Assembly (NCBI GenBank): GCA_951406725.2
Contig: OX597831.1
Location: forward strand, 52,142,001-52,206,000
Reading direction: 5' to 3'
Origin: Octopus vulgaris
Lineage: Eukaryota
Length of the DNA: 64,000 nt
The position numbers were made by a program, and so were the translations under genes. Below the pieces are notes generated by a model. It was not told where the DNA came from, did no database searches, and saw only the letters and a list, made by a program, of their open reading frames with translations. Positions 12,691 to 25,405 of the stretch are shown in pieces. How positions within the stretch are numbered: the stretch's first letter is position 1; each line of letters begins with the position of its first letter.

Positions 12691-13225
12691 CAAGAGAGAA
12701 AACGAAGACGAATCGAAAATAAGAAAGAGAAATGTAAGTAAACAAGCGTAAATAGGAACACAAAGGACGGAAGGACGACAATGGAGTTCGATTCCTGGAC
12801 CAGGCAGTGTTGTAAGAAGTTTGCTTCCCAGCCACATGGTTCAAGTTCAGTCCCATTGCGTGGAACTAGTGTCTTCTGCTATAGCCTCAGGCCGACCAAA
12901 ACCTTCTGATTGGATTCGGTAGACATAAACAGAAAGAATGAAACTCCCATGTTTCTAGAACTGAATTATTCAAATGCCGAAGAATCCCTCTCAGCACGTG
13001 GCTATGATGCTCCCCTCTACTCCTGCTCATGATCAGAGGTGCACATTTTGTCAGCCACTAAGACACATGTTCAAATAGTTAAGGTCAAGCAACTGACAAG
13101 CCAATCAGTGGTATTGAGTAGAATATATTTCTTAACGATATTTCTGCTTCAGAAGGCGGCGAGCTGGCAGAAACGTTAGCACAGAGACGAAAAAGAGAAA
13201 ATGGATTGAGCAACATTCTTTATTC

Positions 13226-13349
13226 CAGTGCTCCGCAACCTTTTTTTCATTTGCGGTACAGTTATATATTCTTTTCAAAATTCGGCGGTATACCTAGCAT
13301 CGTCTTGTGACACAAAAGTGTACCGCGGCATACTGGTTGCGGAGCACTG
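13226..13349. mobile_element. hAT-type MITE (124 bp)
   Basis: Perfect 15-bp TIR CAGTGCTCCGCAACC/GGTTGCGGAGCACTG; 8-bp CTTTATTC on both sides (1-nt offset on the right). Confidence 0.85.
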
Positions 13350-13382
13350 CCTTTATTCCATATCACTGCAATTGTTTCTACA

Positions 13383-13540
13383 CATCGTCCTATTCGTAGT
13401 ATACTGTCTATCCAGTTTTTACAACGCCTCCTGTGGCAGTAGAGACCGATGCGAGAGTGGCCAGTCTCGTTTGCAGAGGTCACACCTATATGTTGAATCC
13501 GGTCTGTTGGCTGTCATTTCTTTTCTGCGGGCTCAGTTCT
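13383..13540 (-). mobile_element. RTE-clade LINE 3' end (C-terminal zinc finger)
   Basis: Minus strand reads RRKEMTANRPDSTYRCDLCKRD/HSRIGLYCHRRRC with one frameshift, the typical RTE CxxC..SRIGLxSH motif. Confidence 0.75.
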
Positions 13541-13902
13541 AACGATTATATATAATCGGTAGAAGTTAGAAAATTACTCAAGGACCGACTAATGATAATC
13601 CTTTTGACGCATCTGTCCCACACGAAGCAGCACCTGTTCGACATAACACCACAAGTCGACATAGCATCACAAGTGCTCGGACACTGAACGAGCACGTAAT
13701 GAACGGTTTCGCCACTCAGCGCGCATCTTGGCCTGAAATTTGAGGGGAATGGACTAGTCGATTCACTGTACTTAATTTATCGACTCAGTAAGCATGAAAG
13801 GCAAAGTCGACCTCGGCGGAATTTGAACTCAGAACGTGAACGAAATGCTGCTAAGCATTTTTCCCGGCATGGTAACAATTCTGCCAGCTCATAGCCTTAA
13901 TA

Positions 13903-13949
13903 ATCTCCTAATACAAAAATGAGCGTAGAGTTTTTATATATTTGTGTGC

Positions 13950-14028
<79 letters not shown>

Positions 14029-14029
14029 C

Positions 14030-14062
<33 letters not shown>

Positions 14063-15120
14063 CACATATATACATACATACATGCATCTACTACACATGT
14101 GGAAAAGTGGTGTGTGTTTGTTTGTGGCGTTGTGTTAGCTAACTCCTCCTACATCGTTTTATTGATTTTGATGAAACTTGACACGTGAGTAGAACTCATG
14201 TCTTGAAACCTTGTGACATACTTAGATTGTTGAAAAAAAATCGATAATACAGCCCCTGGAAGGGATCTTCATATAACTAATTTTTTTAAACACCCAAGGG
14301 AAATAACCGATAGCATCTGCACTTACAGTTGTTTGTTTTTAACGAAGCGATCAATATTTGATTCTCATGATCAGCGGACCTAATTCTGCATTTCGCTACT
14401 CACAGTTTTCAACTGCTAAACCTTATTATTGCACTTCCTTGATGCATGTACACTTTCAATGCCCATAACTCCGATAATTCTGCATTTTTACAGTTAAAAT
14501 TTTTCAATGACACAACATAAATTTTTGATTCCAGAATGTATTTAATAAGTGTGTCCCAATACAATGAACTCATACTTTGAATGCTTAAAATTCTTAAAAA
14601 CTGAAATCAAACTTCCACACCACATTTAGTTGGGACACCCTGTATCACTTATACTTATTTTACAAGTCATAACATTTATTGCTTATTAACAGTTTATACA
14701 ACATTTTCATGAAACTAATTGAGCCATCGAATTTTAAAATATTTTACAGGTTTCATTGTTTATGTTCGATTACTTTGAATATTGATTTTTTGTTATACTT
14801 TATTTAACACGTGAGTAGAACTCATGTCTGGAAACCTCGTGACATACTTAGATAGTTGAAAAAATCGATAATAGGGCCCTTCCAAAGGATCTTTCTATCT
14901 ACTACGTATTACTAATATTTTATTTAAACAATCCAAGGGAAATAACCCACACCACCCGCAATTTTTAGCGAAGCGATCAATATTTGATTTTCACGATCAT
15001 CCGACCTAATTCTGCATTTCTTTCCTTTTCTGTGACTCACAGGTCTACACTTAAGGTGCCATCCACTCTTGCCATTTTTTTTTTGTCATTCTCACCCACT
15101 TTTCAATAACTACGGCTAGA
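13903..15120 (+). mobile_element. Probable non-autonomous Helitron-like element with ~210-bp internal duplication
   Basis: A|TCTCCTAATACAAAAATG start followed by a GT-rich tract; direct repeat ACACGTGAGTAGAACTCATGTC...GACCTAATTCTGCATTTC at ~14181-14393 and ~14808-15020. 3' end uncertain. Confidence 0.45.
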
Positions 15121-15322
15121 ATATACCAGGATGTCGAAGCAGAAATATCCTAAAAATCAATTCCAATTAAAATATTTAAACGAATTTATGCATACAACTT
15201 TTTACTACGAAAGTGTAGTGTTTATAAGAGGAAAGTGCGAAAACGAATAAGAAAGAATAAGTCATATAAGTAAAAGGTAGAATATAGATAGAAAGAAGCT
15301 GCGAGAGGAGATAAATGAATGC

Positions 15323-15713
15323 GGCAGTTTTTTAAAATAATATCCACGTAACTAAACACTTTTAAACTTCATATACTGGTAGAATGTGTTTATAAAACAT
15401 CTTTTTCTCTTGGCTTTATTGAGAAAATTCTATAGTTTGTAAGATATTTGTTGTTGTTTTTTCTTCAATTTCTGCAATTTCAACCAATCAATGACGTCTA
15501 TTGAGGTAAAAACATTCTGTGCCGTATGAATATGTCCGTCATTTTAGAAACAGATTGAGTTTATTTACATTTGTGAAGAAAAAAAAAGATACCCTTCGCC
15601 CCCTAACCCTAAAACACATTGAAATGCAATAGATCGATACTAGGGTCATAATTATGGGTGACAATTTCATATGACACTGCTAGAAAAAACTGCCGTTCAA
15701 ACCGAAAAGATCC
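15323..15713. mobile_element. MITE-like DNA element
   Basis: Inverted ends CGGCAGTTTTTT / AAAAAACTGCCGTTCAAACCGAAAAGATCC; left end truncated. Confidence 0.55.
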
Positions 15714-16061
15714 CTCTTCCATTATCTCGCCATCTGCCCAGTACACATGATCAAGCTTTGGAACGCACAATACTACTTCAGAATAACTGCCGCAATATTT
15801 CATAAGAGTAGGCAGAAAAATTAGTAAACCACTTTTATCGAAGATTATATTATTGAATAAGCTCAGTGTTTATGGTGAATTTACCATCTTTGACCGATGT
15901 GCAGCGCTCACCTACTATACAAAGAATATATGCCCCTACAACACTGATATTAAAAAATGGCATGGGGAGGTGACATTAATAATCCTCCTTCCACTCATTT
16001 TTCGCCTTGTTTATCCGATCTATGGTTAAACAAGGTAAACATTAACGAGGGTCACTGAAAT

Positions 16062-16365
16062 TAGATAGATAGATAGATATGTTTCTTTATTAGCCACACA
16101 GGGCTGCACACAGACAGGACAAATTACAAGGTAGAGATTTTCTTTTGGGGGTAAAAAAAAGGGGGTTTGGTTTTCGATCAAAAGGGATCGTAAAAGGAAA
16201 GAAAGAGGACAAAAAATTGGGGGGGAGGAAAAAAATTGATCAATAGGGATCGTTATCACAGAAATGTCAATATGAAGTGTAAGGGGGAGGACAGGTGAGG
16301 TTTACCCGTGGAAAGAAAAGGCTACGGAAAAGACCACGGTAACCTCGGTCAATGAAGTCACATGT
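16062..16365 (-). mobile_element. 3' UTR fragment of a LINE (Tx1/L1-like)
   Basis: Minus strand is pyrimidine-rich and ends CCCTGTGTGGCTAATAAAGAAAC followed by an (ATCT)n tail. Confidence 0.5.
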
Positions 16366-16401
16366 TATATTTCTTTTTTTTTTACAGACAGACAGACAGA
16401 C

Positions 16402-16455
<54 letters not shown>

Positions 16456-16888
16456 ATAAATTTAAGCGAGATGATGAAAATGTAAATACGGTAAAATGTC
16501 ACATGTGAATAACCTGCACAAATGATTTGTTTATAGCGATCAATTGTTTGTACTGTACATATTAGCTCACTTCCTACATCAAATCGACGTTGCCTGAACA
16601 AGTGCACGGTGTACCATACGTCAGGCGTCGAAGTGATCTCAGAGCAACGTGGGAGGAAGTATTTTGCTCAAGAACACAACGCACTGACCAGTCCAGAAAT
16701 TGAAACCACAATCTTGCGATCGTGAGAGCAACGTTCGAATCACTAGACCACATGTCCTCACGCACATATAATATAGTGAGAAAAAAAAGGGTATATCTAT
16801 GCAATTAGTTAATAAGAGCCTTCTATAGGTGTGTTTAAAATCTAAAAGCAACAAGCAAGGAAGGCAGTTTATATATATATATATATAA

Positions 16889-16926
<38 letters not shown>

Positions 16927-16931
<5 letters not shown>

Positions 16932-17413
16932 AATATGTTACATTACTCGATAGTCAAGATAAAACTCTGAGTTTCAGATGCCGAAGTGGAAATCCACAAC
17001 ACTGTTGTTGTTATATATAATGTATTGAGTATTAAAGGAAGTAGTGAGTACTTAGTATGAAAGATTAAGAAAGTGAGAGAGACTGAAAAAACGTGTTAAC
17101 GATACGAGATACTTTATTAGACTGCCGTTGTTGTACAAGGTATTTGTTGTGGCGGGAAACTTACTGAATGTCCTTGTATCAAGGGAGACAATGGGCAACG
17201 TTGACTGTTCATGTTTGTTGTGATGATTACATAACAAACACCATCTCTTCGAAGATAACCGAAGAGATGGTGTTGTGGATTTCCACTTCGGCATCTGAAA
17301 CTCAGAGTTTTATCTTGACTATCGAGTAATGTAACATATTATTGTATAGATAAATTTCCTCTATTTACATAATATTGAGGTCTCTTTCTTTCTTTTGTTA
17401 TCTTACCGTTTTA

Positions 17414-17418
<5 letters not shown>
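16927..17418 (+). mobile_element. Penelope-type foldback stub (inverted partial pLTR plus pLTR with tail) in (TA)n
   Basis: ~77-bp inverted arms 16927-17003 / 17270-17347, unique tail to 17418, (TA)n on both sides. Same family as the 3' end of the GIY-YIG element at 38770-38865. Confidence 0.7.
17252..17316 (+). ncRNA. Hammerhead-like motif (variant core)
   Basis: AAGATAA-CCGAAGA-GATG...CATC-T-GAA-ACTC(A)GAGT-T-TTATCTT. 7-bp helix I; U4 is C and there is one extra nt before GAAA. Confidence 0.55.
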
Positions 17419-17485
<67 letters not shown>

Positions 17486-17554
17486 TATAAATATATATAT
17501 ATACACATATATATAAATATAAATAATGATATATATATATATATATATATATTA

Positions 17555-17935
17555 TATTAAATTAGAGACAAAACCACTATTAAGCAAATCATACAATGAA
17601 AACTTAAGCCAATACATAAGATTATTTAATTTATATTATTTAAATATATAACAAAATTATTAAAAAAATATAATTAATATATCACTACGAAAATTAACAG
17701 CCATGAAACGATCGTAGTGATATATTAATCATATTTTTTTAATAATTTTGTTATATATTTAAATAATATAAATTAAATAATCTTATGTATTGGCTTAAGT
17801 TTTTTATTGTATGATTTGCCTAATAGTGGTTTTGTCTCTAATTTAATATAATATAATATTTTACTATAAAATTGGATTCAATCCTAAATCTGATTTTTCC
17901 CTGTAAGTTTGGATTTATTCCCTAATATTTATTAT
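17555..17935 (+). mobile_element. Second Penelope-type foldback stub in (TA)n
   Basis: ~135-bp inverted arms 17555-17689 / 17715-17850 plus tail; the centre keeps a hammerhead 3' half GAAACGATCGTA (17705-17716). Confidence 0.6.
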
Positions 17936-17978
17936 ATATATATATATATAAATATAAATAATGATATATATATATATT

Positions 17979-18016
<38 letters not shown>

Positions 18017-18883
18017 TTATATATATATATATATATAAATAATTATATATATATATATATATGGAGAGAGAGAGATTTTGTTTGAAAAACAAGAAAATGC
18101 ATTATCAGAGACGATCTGCTTATCAAACCAGTTGATGAAAGAGCAATGGACATATTTTGATCTAACTTGACCTCATCAGCGAATTAAGTTTGCTCACTTA
18201 GCAATGCTAAAGGCGATAAAGACATACAGAATTAGAGGGAATGATGAGGCAATGAATATGATTATCGGCAGTAGAATATGCTTCGCAAGGGTGGTTGGAT
18301 AAGTACGGTACATGTTTATTGCTTTCATCAGTTGGTTTAAAGACGAGACAGAACCATAAAAGCATTTTCTATATTTTTCAAAATTTCTTTCTTGAGATGA
18401 CAAACTACGAATTCCTTGGTTATAACAAAGCCCCTAAATAAAACCCCTAAAATGAACGTTTTCGTTTGTGATATTTATGATTAGGGAAAACTGAGAACAA
18501 CAGGTATTATAAATTTAAGATGGAGCTATTTTAGCATGTAAGGTGTATTTCTTTTTTTGTTTTTTCTAAAGATTTTAATTTTAGTTATAACGTCGTAAAA
18601 ATTCGATATATATATTTTTTTTTTTTAGATAAAAAGCCAACTTTTTAAAAAAAGATATCTGCGAAATTTGCATTTTGATTAATATTTTAATTAATATTAA
18701 TTAACTGTATAACATAAACAGAAATTTTCGTCAGTGTCAGAGTTATAATCAACTCATCTCGTATGAAATGCATAAAAAAAAAAGGACGTAAATTGTAGTT
18801 AAAGAAAGATTAGACAAAGAATTCTAGATATTTTTTACGTTAACTGTGTGTGTTAAGCCTGATATTCTCAAAGCAAGGCGCGG

Positions 18884-18921
<38 letters not shown>

Positions 18922-18978
18922 GAAAAAGAATATTTAATTAGTGTAATGTGAATAACTCACCTTACTCTAAATATTCTA

Positions 18979-20036
18979 GGGACGAGTACAGCTGACGGTT
19001 GGATCTATAATAAAGATGATACCGCCAACTGAACTCTCAAAGGAAGGTAAGGCTTGTTTTTACTGTACGGTTGAAGTACTGAAAGAGTGTGTTTGGAGGA
19101 CTAGAATGGAAGGTTCTGTGACAGGGTCCTTCATCTCTGGCCCCGGTTTGCTGTCTTACTTCAGACACCATCTGAAGAGCAAGATGGGGTTGGAGAGGAG
19201 GACCCAGCCACCGAGTGAATACGAGAAATCATGGAAGGATGTGATGAGAAAGATGGGTGTCAGTAACTCAGCTTAATCTATATATATAAAACTGTAGTTG
19301 TGTGAGTGTCTGTCTCCTACGATTTAGATTCCTAACCCCTCCCACATTTTGCGGTGCAGTTTAACCAAATTCGGGTATCTTATAGTCGTGATTAATATCA
19401 AGCCCGTCTGGCTATTAGCGCGCGTCTACGATGAGTCTACGATTTTAAAAATAATTTAACATCATTTTTTATTCCATTTTAATGCATAATTTTTCGTGTG
19501 TCGATGGCGGCGGAGTTGGCGTCCATGGTCACACCTGCACCTGTTTGCTTCTCCCCTTCTTCCCTCCCTCGTGAAGCTGTGGGGAAGGGAGTTTAAGGAA
19601 ATCAACGTCGTAAAGCGTTGTCAAGGAGACCAGCGTTCTTTTAGAACAACGACTTCATGGCTTGAAGACACCAAAACAGAAATGGCTAAGAAAGCCCGAA
19701 TTGGCATCTATAAGGGAAGTAACTCTCTAAAAATGCTTATATAGTTATTTCCCTTACAAACCCGAGCAACGCCGGGCGATACTGCTAGTCATTGATGAAA
19801 GGAAAAGATAGTTGCTGGGCCTTATAGGCTGCCGGGTTCGATCTTTTGAACTTTTATTCGTTTTCTTTTGGGTTTTTTTTTAAAGTTCTAGTTAAAGGAA
19901 AAATTAATCGTTATATAAACTGTTTTTTAAGTAAATTTTTAACATAATGCTCATTCGAACTCATTTAACATTTTTGTATTTGTTTGTCTTGTAATGTCCT
20001 TTTCTCTGTACGATCAGTTTGATCATAATAAAGATT
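18979..20036 (+). mobile_element. 5'-truncated Tx1/L1-like LINE with 17-bp TSD
   Basis: ORF2 C-terminus-like GKACFYCTVEVLKECVWRTRMEG...LLSYFRHHLKSKMGLER; AATAAA at 20027-20032; TSD TTACTCTAAATATTCTA at 18962-18978 and 20037-20053. Confidence 0.75.
19277..19788 (+). mobile_element. Non-autonomous Helitron inserted in the LINE
   Basis: A|TCTATATATATAAAACTG start, subterminal hairpin CCCGAGCAACGCCGGG, end CTAG|T, no TSD. Confidence 0.9.
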
Positions 20037-20053
20037 TTACTCTAAATATTCTA

Positions 20054-20288
20054 AATGACTTCAGATACTCGTCATGCCTTGGTTTTTGCTCTCCTTTTCC
20101 CTCTAACTCGGAAGTGTACCACAGATTCCTAGCTCCAGCCTCAGTTGTGAGCTTGGAACCTAACGGATGACCAATTATAACACTTACACAGCGTATCTAT
20201 TCGTTTAGATCATCAGTGAACTAAATCCCCCATACTCTCTCTCTCTTTATATATATATATACACACACACAGACACACACACACAGAC

Positions 20289-20380
<92 letters not shown>

Positions 20381-20481
20381 GGGGATTTAGTTCACTGATG
20401 ATTTAAACGAATAGATACGCTATGTAAGTGCTATAATTGGTCATCCGTTAGGTTCCAAGCTCACAACTGAGGCTGGAGCTA
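20054..20481. repeat. Penelope-type stub (family of 44900-45115) with inverted repeat around a microsatellite
   Basis: 20131-20250 is inverted at 20340-20481; sequence colinear with 44925-45115. Confidence 0.7.
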
Positions 20482-20889
20482 ATATATATATATATATATG
20501 TAGAATACTCATATTCACCTCCCTCGAATTGTGTTTATCAGTATCCATGTACGATCAGCCGTATGAGAATTTATATAGCCTTGCATATTAAATACTTATC
20601 CTATCAATGGTAATGAGTTTGCTTCTAGTTGGTTCATAGCACTATTGTGTATATAATACCTCTTACAAACATATCGCCACTACAGCAAACACGCACGCTA
20701 GCGCCCACATACACCCACGCGCGCGCCCACTCACACACGTAATGTATTCTACACAAAAACATATTTATGTCACAAAACGTCAGATCTCTGTTCAGCAAGA
20801 TAGTGAATGCTTTACTTATAACAAACTATTCAAACATTTTCGACCAAAAGGCGTCGGTTTCGTTTCATCTTCAGCAGTTTCTTAAACGA

Positions 20890-21545
20890 GAACTAAATGA
20901 TAATAATTTCCATCCAAAATTTGTTAGAGACTCTATCAAGATGGCTGATTAATTCAAGTAATTCGTTCTCCATTCCTATCAATCCGTCGAAGTCGTCAGC
21001 AAATTTAACATTTGCGATGTCCTTCACTGTGACTGTGACTGTGTTCAGCTGGTCTTCAAAAGCATTGTTCAAATACCTGAAGGCAATTATTAATGACAAA
21101 GGATCAAAATCAGAAATCCTTGCAAGCACCACATAAACAATTAATAATTGCGGTAGTCAAACTCGAGTTATCATAAAGAGATAGAAACATCACCACGAAG
21201 AGTAAAACCAGACTCCTACGTGCTTTATGTAACAACATTCATCTTTATGTACGCGAGACATGGAATCTCATAATCTCATTGCGGAAATATAGGAAAAGAT
21301 ACGGTAACTGAAAATTAGATGTTATCACATCTTAGGCAGGTCCACGAGGCCATCCAGCGACACATCGCTCTAACTCCCGTGAACAAATGAGATATAAAAG
21401 TATGGCTAAGAGAAATCCTGTGGCCTAGCAAAGATCCGATCTTTCTTCACATTAAGCATGGAGAAGCCAAAGAGATGACAGCTATCGGAAAAGATGGACG
21501 AGCAATGTCAAGGAATAGAAAGGCGAATCATTCGCGGAGACTAGA
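20890..21545. mobile_element. RTE-clade LINE remnant in two oppositely oriented pieces
   Basis: Minus 20893-21132: IANVKFADDFDGLIGMENELLELISHLDRVSNKFWMEI (RT FADD motif). Plus 21133-21545: RDRNITTKSKTRLLRAL...ETW...YRKRWTSNVKE*KGESFAETR. Confidence 0.75.
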
Positions 21546-22316
21546 GTTCTAGTACTCTTTTGTGAAAATGAAGAAACTACGATTTCATAGAAGTTCAGAG
21601 AAAAGTAAAGTCGAACCATACCAAGCTAAATGGTAATGACATTGAGACGACAAAATTATCAGAAATACAAAGTTTTACGGATGCGTGGGAGATTGTAAAT
21701 TGCAAAGGAAGAGGGTAAAAGATCGTTGGGTGTTGATAGGTTTTTACACACCATTCTTTTGGTGAGGAAAAAATAAAATGAAAAGTAAAGCAAAAACAAA
21801 ATAAATAAACTCACTGAATCTTCAACAAATAGATGCACATGCACAGATACACACACATACATTTAAAAACCACATACACATTGGAGGGGGATTGAAGGGA
21901 AGGTGTTGGTTGCTATGGTGATTGTAATACATGCTGCAATCGCTATTTGGACAAAGATTGATAACAACAAGACACTAACGACAAGAATAACTGCAACAGT
22001 ATTAATCTTCAACGCCATCGTGAACACAATCAAGAACAACAATAACAGTGGTGATATTGTACTGTTCTCTAGTCTGGTTGTGATTTTTTGTCGGCGTTTC
22101 GTTTCGGTTTTTAGTGTCGGACTATTAAGATTGGGTCTTTTGTAAATTGGAAATCTGAGAGCAACAGGCGACAATTTTCATCTGGATAAAAAAAACAAAA
22201 AACCCATCGTTTGTAATCTATTCTGGTATGTAGAATGTGTCTCTCGAGTCATTCTGCTTCTTTCTACACACGCACGCACGCACACACACACACACGCACG
22301 CACACACACACACACG

Positions 22317-22391
<75 letters not shown>

Positions 22392-22565
22392 GCGCGCGCA
22401 CACACACATACACACACACGTATATACACATACGCATACAGACGCATTTAATTTTTTTTAAAACATACATGCGTTTATTCATCCATCTTCACACACGCAT
22501 CACGTCACACATACGTACATTCAGATGCATATAAATATACTTTGTCTTCTTTCAAACACGCGTCG

Positions 22566-22622
<57 letters not shown>

Positions 22623-23305
22623 CACACACACATACACACAAACCTTTAATCTATTAAGTACTCCCCACCACATACACATTTACACGTTTTCATACAGACA
22701 TCATGTCACACACACACATACACATTCATGTCCCACATACACATTTACACGTTTTCATACAGACATCATGTCACACACACACACACACACATACACATTC
22801 ATGTCCCACATACACATATGTCCCACATATTTTAAATTCATATTTACTCTTCATGAGGGACCCACTGTATGGAGTTTGCCCCAGCTGCCAGGAACGGCAG
22901 ACAGGTCCCCCCACTCAAACCACACTCTATTATCCTAAATAGAAGGACACATTTGAAAATCTTAATCATGCGTACGCTTAATAAGCTGGATGGACACAGT
23001 TAGAATGACCTTCTTTGATCTTCGGTCTGATCAATCAGAGTTGACTTGCAGTTGGTTCAACAGCTTACATTTCGTACCGTGCACGCATCATCTGTCTCGC
23101 AAATAACTTCTTACTTACCCTCAGAGTGCCCATCTTGTCACGTTTATATATGTATGTGACATAATCATCTTATACATACATGTTCTCTCATACACACTCA
23201 TTCGTTTTTCTTCATATACACATCGTGTCACTCATGCATTATGTCATATATATATATGACACAATATAGTCTAACGACTGAAACAAGTAAACGTAGTTGG
23301 ATGTT

Positions 23306-23687
23306 GGAAGCACTCCGTCGGTTACGACGACGAGGGTTCCGGTTGATCCGAATCAACGGAACAGCCTGCTCGTGAAATTGACGTGTAAGTGGCTGAGCAC
23401 TCCACAGACACGTGTACCCTTAACGTAGTTCTCGGGGATATTCAGCGTGACACAGAGAGTGACAAGGCCGGTCCTTTGAAATACAGGTACAACAGAAACA
23501 GGAAGTAAGAGTGAGAGAAAGTTGTGGTGAAAGAGTACAGCAGGGATCACCACCATCCCTGCCAGAGCCTCGTGGAGCTTTAGGTGTGTTCGCTCAATAA
23601 ACACTCACAACGCCCGGTCTGGGAATCGAAACCGCGATCTTACGACCGCGAGTCCGCTGCCCTAACCACTGGGCCATTGCGCCTCCA
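23306..23687 (-). mobile_element. Full-length, CpG-rich (young) tRNA-derived SINE
   Basis: A/B-box head at the 23687 end; tail ends GTCGTAACCGACGGAGTGCTTCC. Older relatives at 16545-16760 and 34120-34410. Confidence 0.9.
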
Positions 23688-24330
23688 AACATAGTATACA
23701 CACACACACACACACACACATATGTGTATATATAATTTAATTAAAGGATATGTTAACCTTGTGAAGGGATGGTTGCATCCAAAGAAATGCTGGTTCAATG
23801 CCTAGTATTGTTGAGAATGAAATTCCCTTAAACAATAGGTATATATTAAGCATATAGTTTATATCCAGTTAAAAGAAGAAAAGAAAATGGAGATAAGGAA
23901 GTTAATAATTTATTATTAACAAATTGGTCATCTTCGCTTCTTACAGCCGTTTCAATTAATGCTCAATAATTTAATTACAATTTTGTACATTATATTTGCA
24001 TTCATGCAAATTTCTAAAGCCTGGTACACATTCTATTAGTCTCTTTGCTACACCACTAACTTACAGGGACGTAAACACACCAACACCAGTTGTCAAGCAA
24101 TAGTGGGGGACACAGACTCAATGACCCCCACACACACCACATATTCTTTTACTTGTTTCACTCATTTGACTGCGACCATGCTGGAGCACTGTCTTAAAGG
24201 GTTTTAGTTGAAGAAATCGACCCCAAGACTTCATGTTTGCAATCCTATACTTATTCTATTGGTTACTTTTGCTGAATGCTGACTTACAGAGAGAAATACA
24301 TACCAACTCTGTTGTCAAGTGATAGCAGGG

Positions 24331-24377
<47 letters not shown>

Positions 24378-24556
24378 TATATACATACATATATGTATTT
24401 GTATTATTATCTTATCTATTGATTTATATAATATTTTGTATGCTTTTGATGTTCTCATTTGTAAAATGAATAAATAATCTAAAATTATAATATCCGTAAG
24501 TTTATGAACAAACTAAATTTGTTTCTCCATTTTCTTATTTGTATTATATATATATG

Positions 24557-24619
<63 letters not shown>

Positions 24620-25044
24620 AAGAGAGATATATAGATAGATAGATATATGCTGCACTTCTTTCAGTTTCTGCCTACCAAATTCACTCAGAAGGCTTTGGTC
24701 AGCCCAAGGCTATAGTAGAAGTCACTTGCACACTGTGCCTGTGTGTGGCATGTGTAAAAGGATTCGAGCGAGGTTCGTTGCCAGTACTGCCTGACTGGCC
24801 CCCATGCCGGTGGCACGTAAAAAGAACCCACTACACTCTTGGAGTGGTTGGCGTTAGGAAGGGCATCCAGCTGTAGAAACTCTGCCAAATCAAGATTGGA
24901 GCCTGGTGCAACCATCTGGTTCGCCAGTCCTCCGTCAAAATCGTCCAACCCATGCTAGCATGGAAAGCAGACGTTAAACAATGATGATGACGACAGGCTT
25001 CTTTCAATCTCCGTCTATCAAACTGACTCAGGAAAAAAGGGGAA

Positions 25045-25405
25045 GGAAGCACTCCGTTGGTTACGACGACGAGGGTTTCGGTTGATCCGATCAGCGGAAC
25101 AGCCTGCCTATGAAATTAACGTGTAAGTAGCTGAGCACTCCACAGACACGTGGGATATTCAGCGTGACACAGAGAGTGACAAGGCCGGCCCTTTGAAATA
25201 CAGGTACAACAGAAACAGGAAGTAAGAGTGAGAGAAAGTTGTGGTGAAAGAGTACAGCAGGGATCACCACCATCCCTGCCGGAACCTTGTGGAGCTTTTA
25301 GGTGTTTTCGCTCAATAAACACTCACAACGCCCGGTCTGGGAATCAAAACCGCGATCCTACGACCGCGAGTCCACTGCCCTAACCACTGAGCCATTGCGC
25401 CTCCA
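25045..25405 (-). mobile_element. tRNA-derived SINE nested in a CORE-like SINE
   Basis: Near-identical to 23306-23687 with a small deletion; ATCAAACTGACT duplicated at ~25017-25028 and ~25408-25419. Confidence 0.85.

Noticed and set aside
15598-15613. Telomeric CCCTAA repeats
   Set aside because: Only two units, inside a MITE-like repeat.
20388-20430. CTGATGA...GAA as another hammerhead
   Set aside because: GAAT instead of GAAA and no credible helix II or III.
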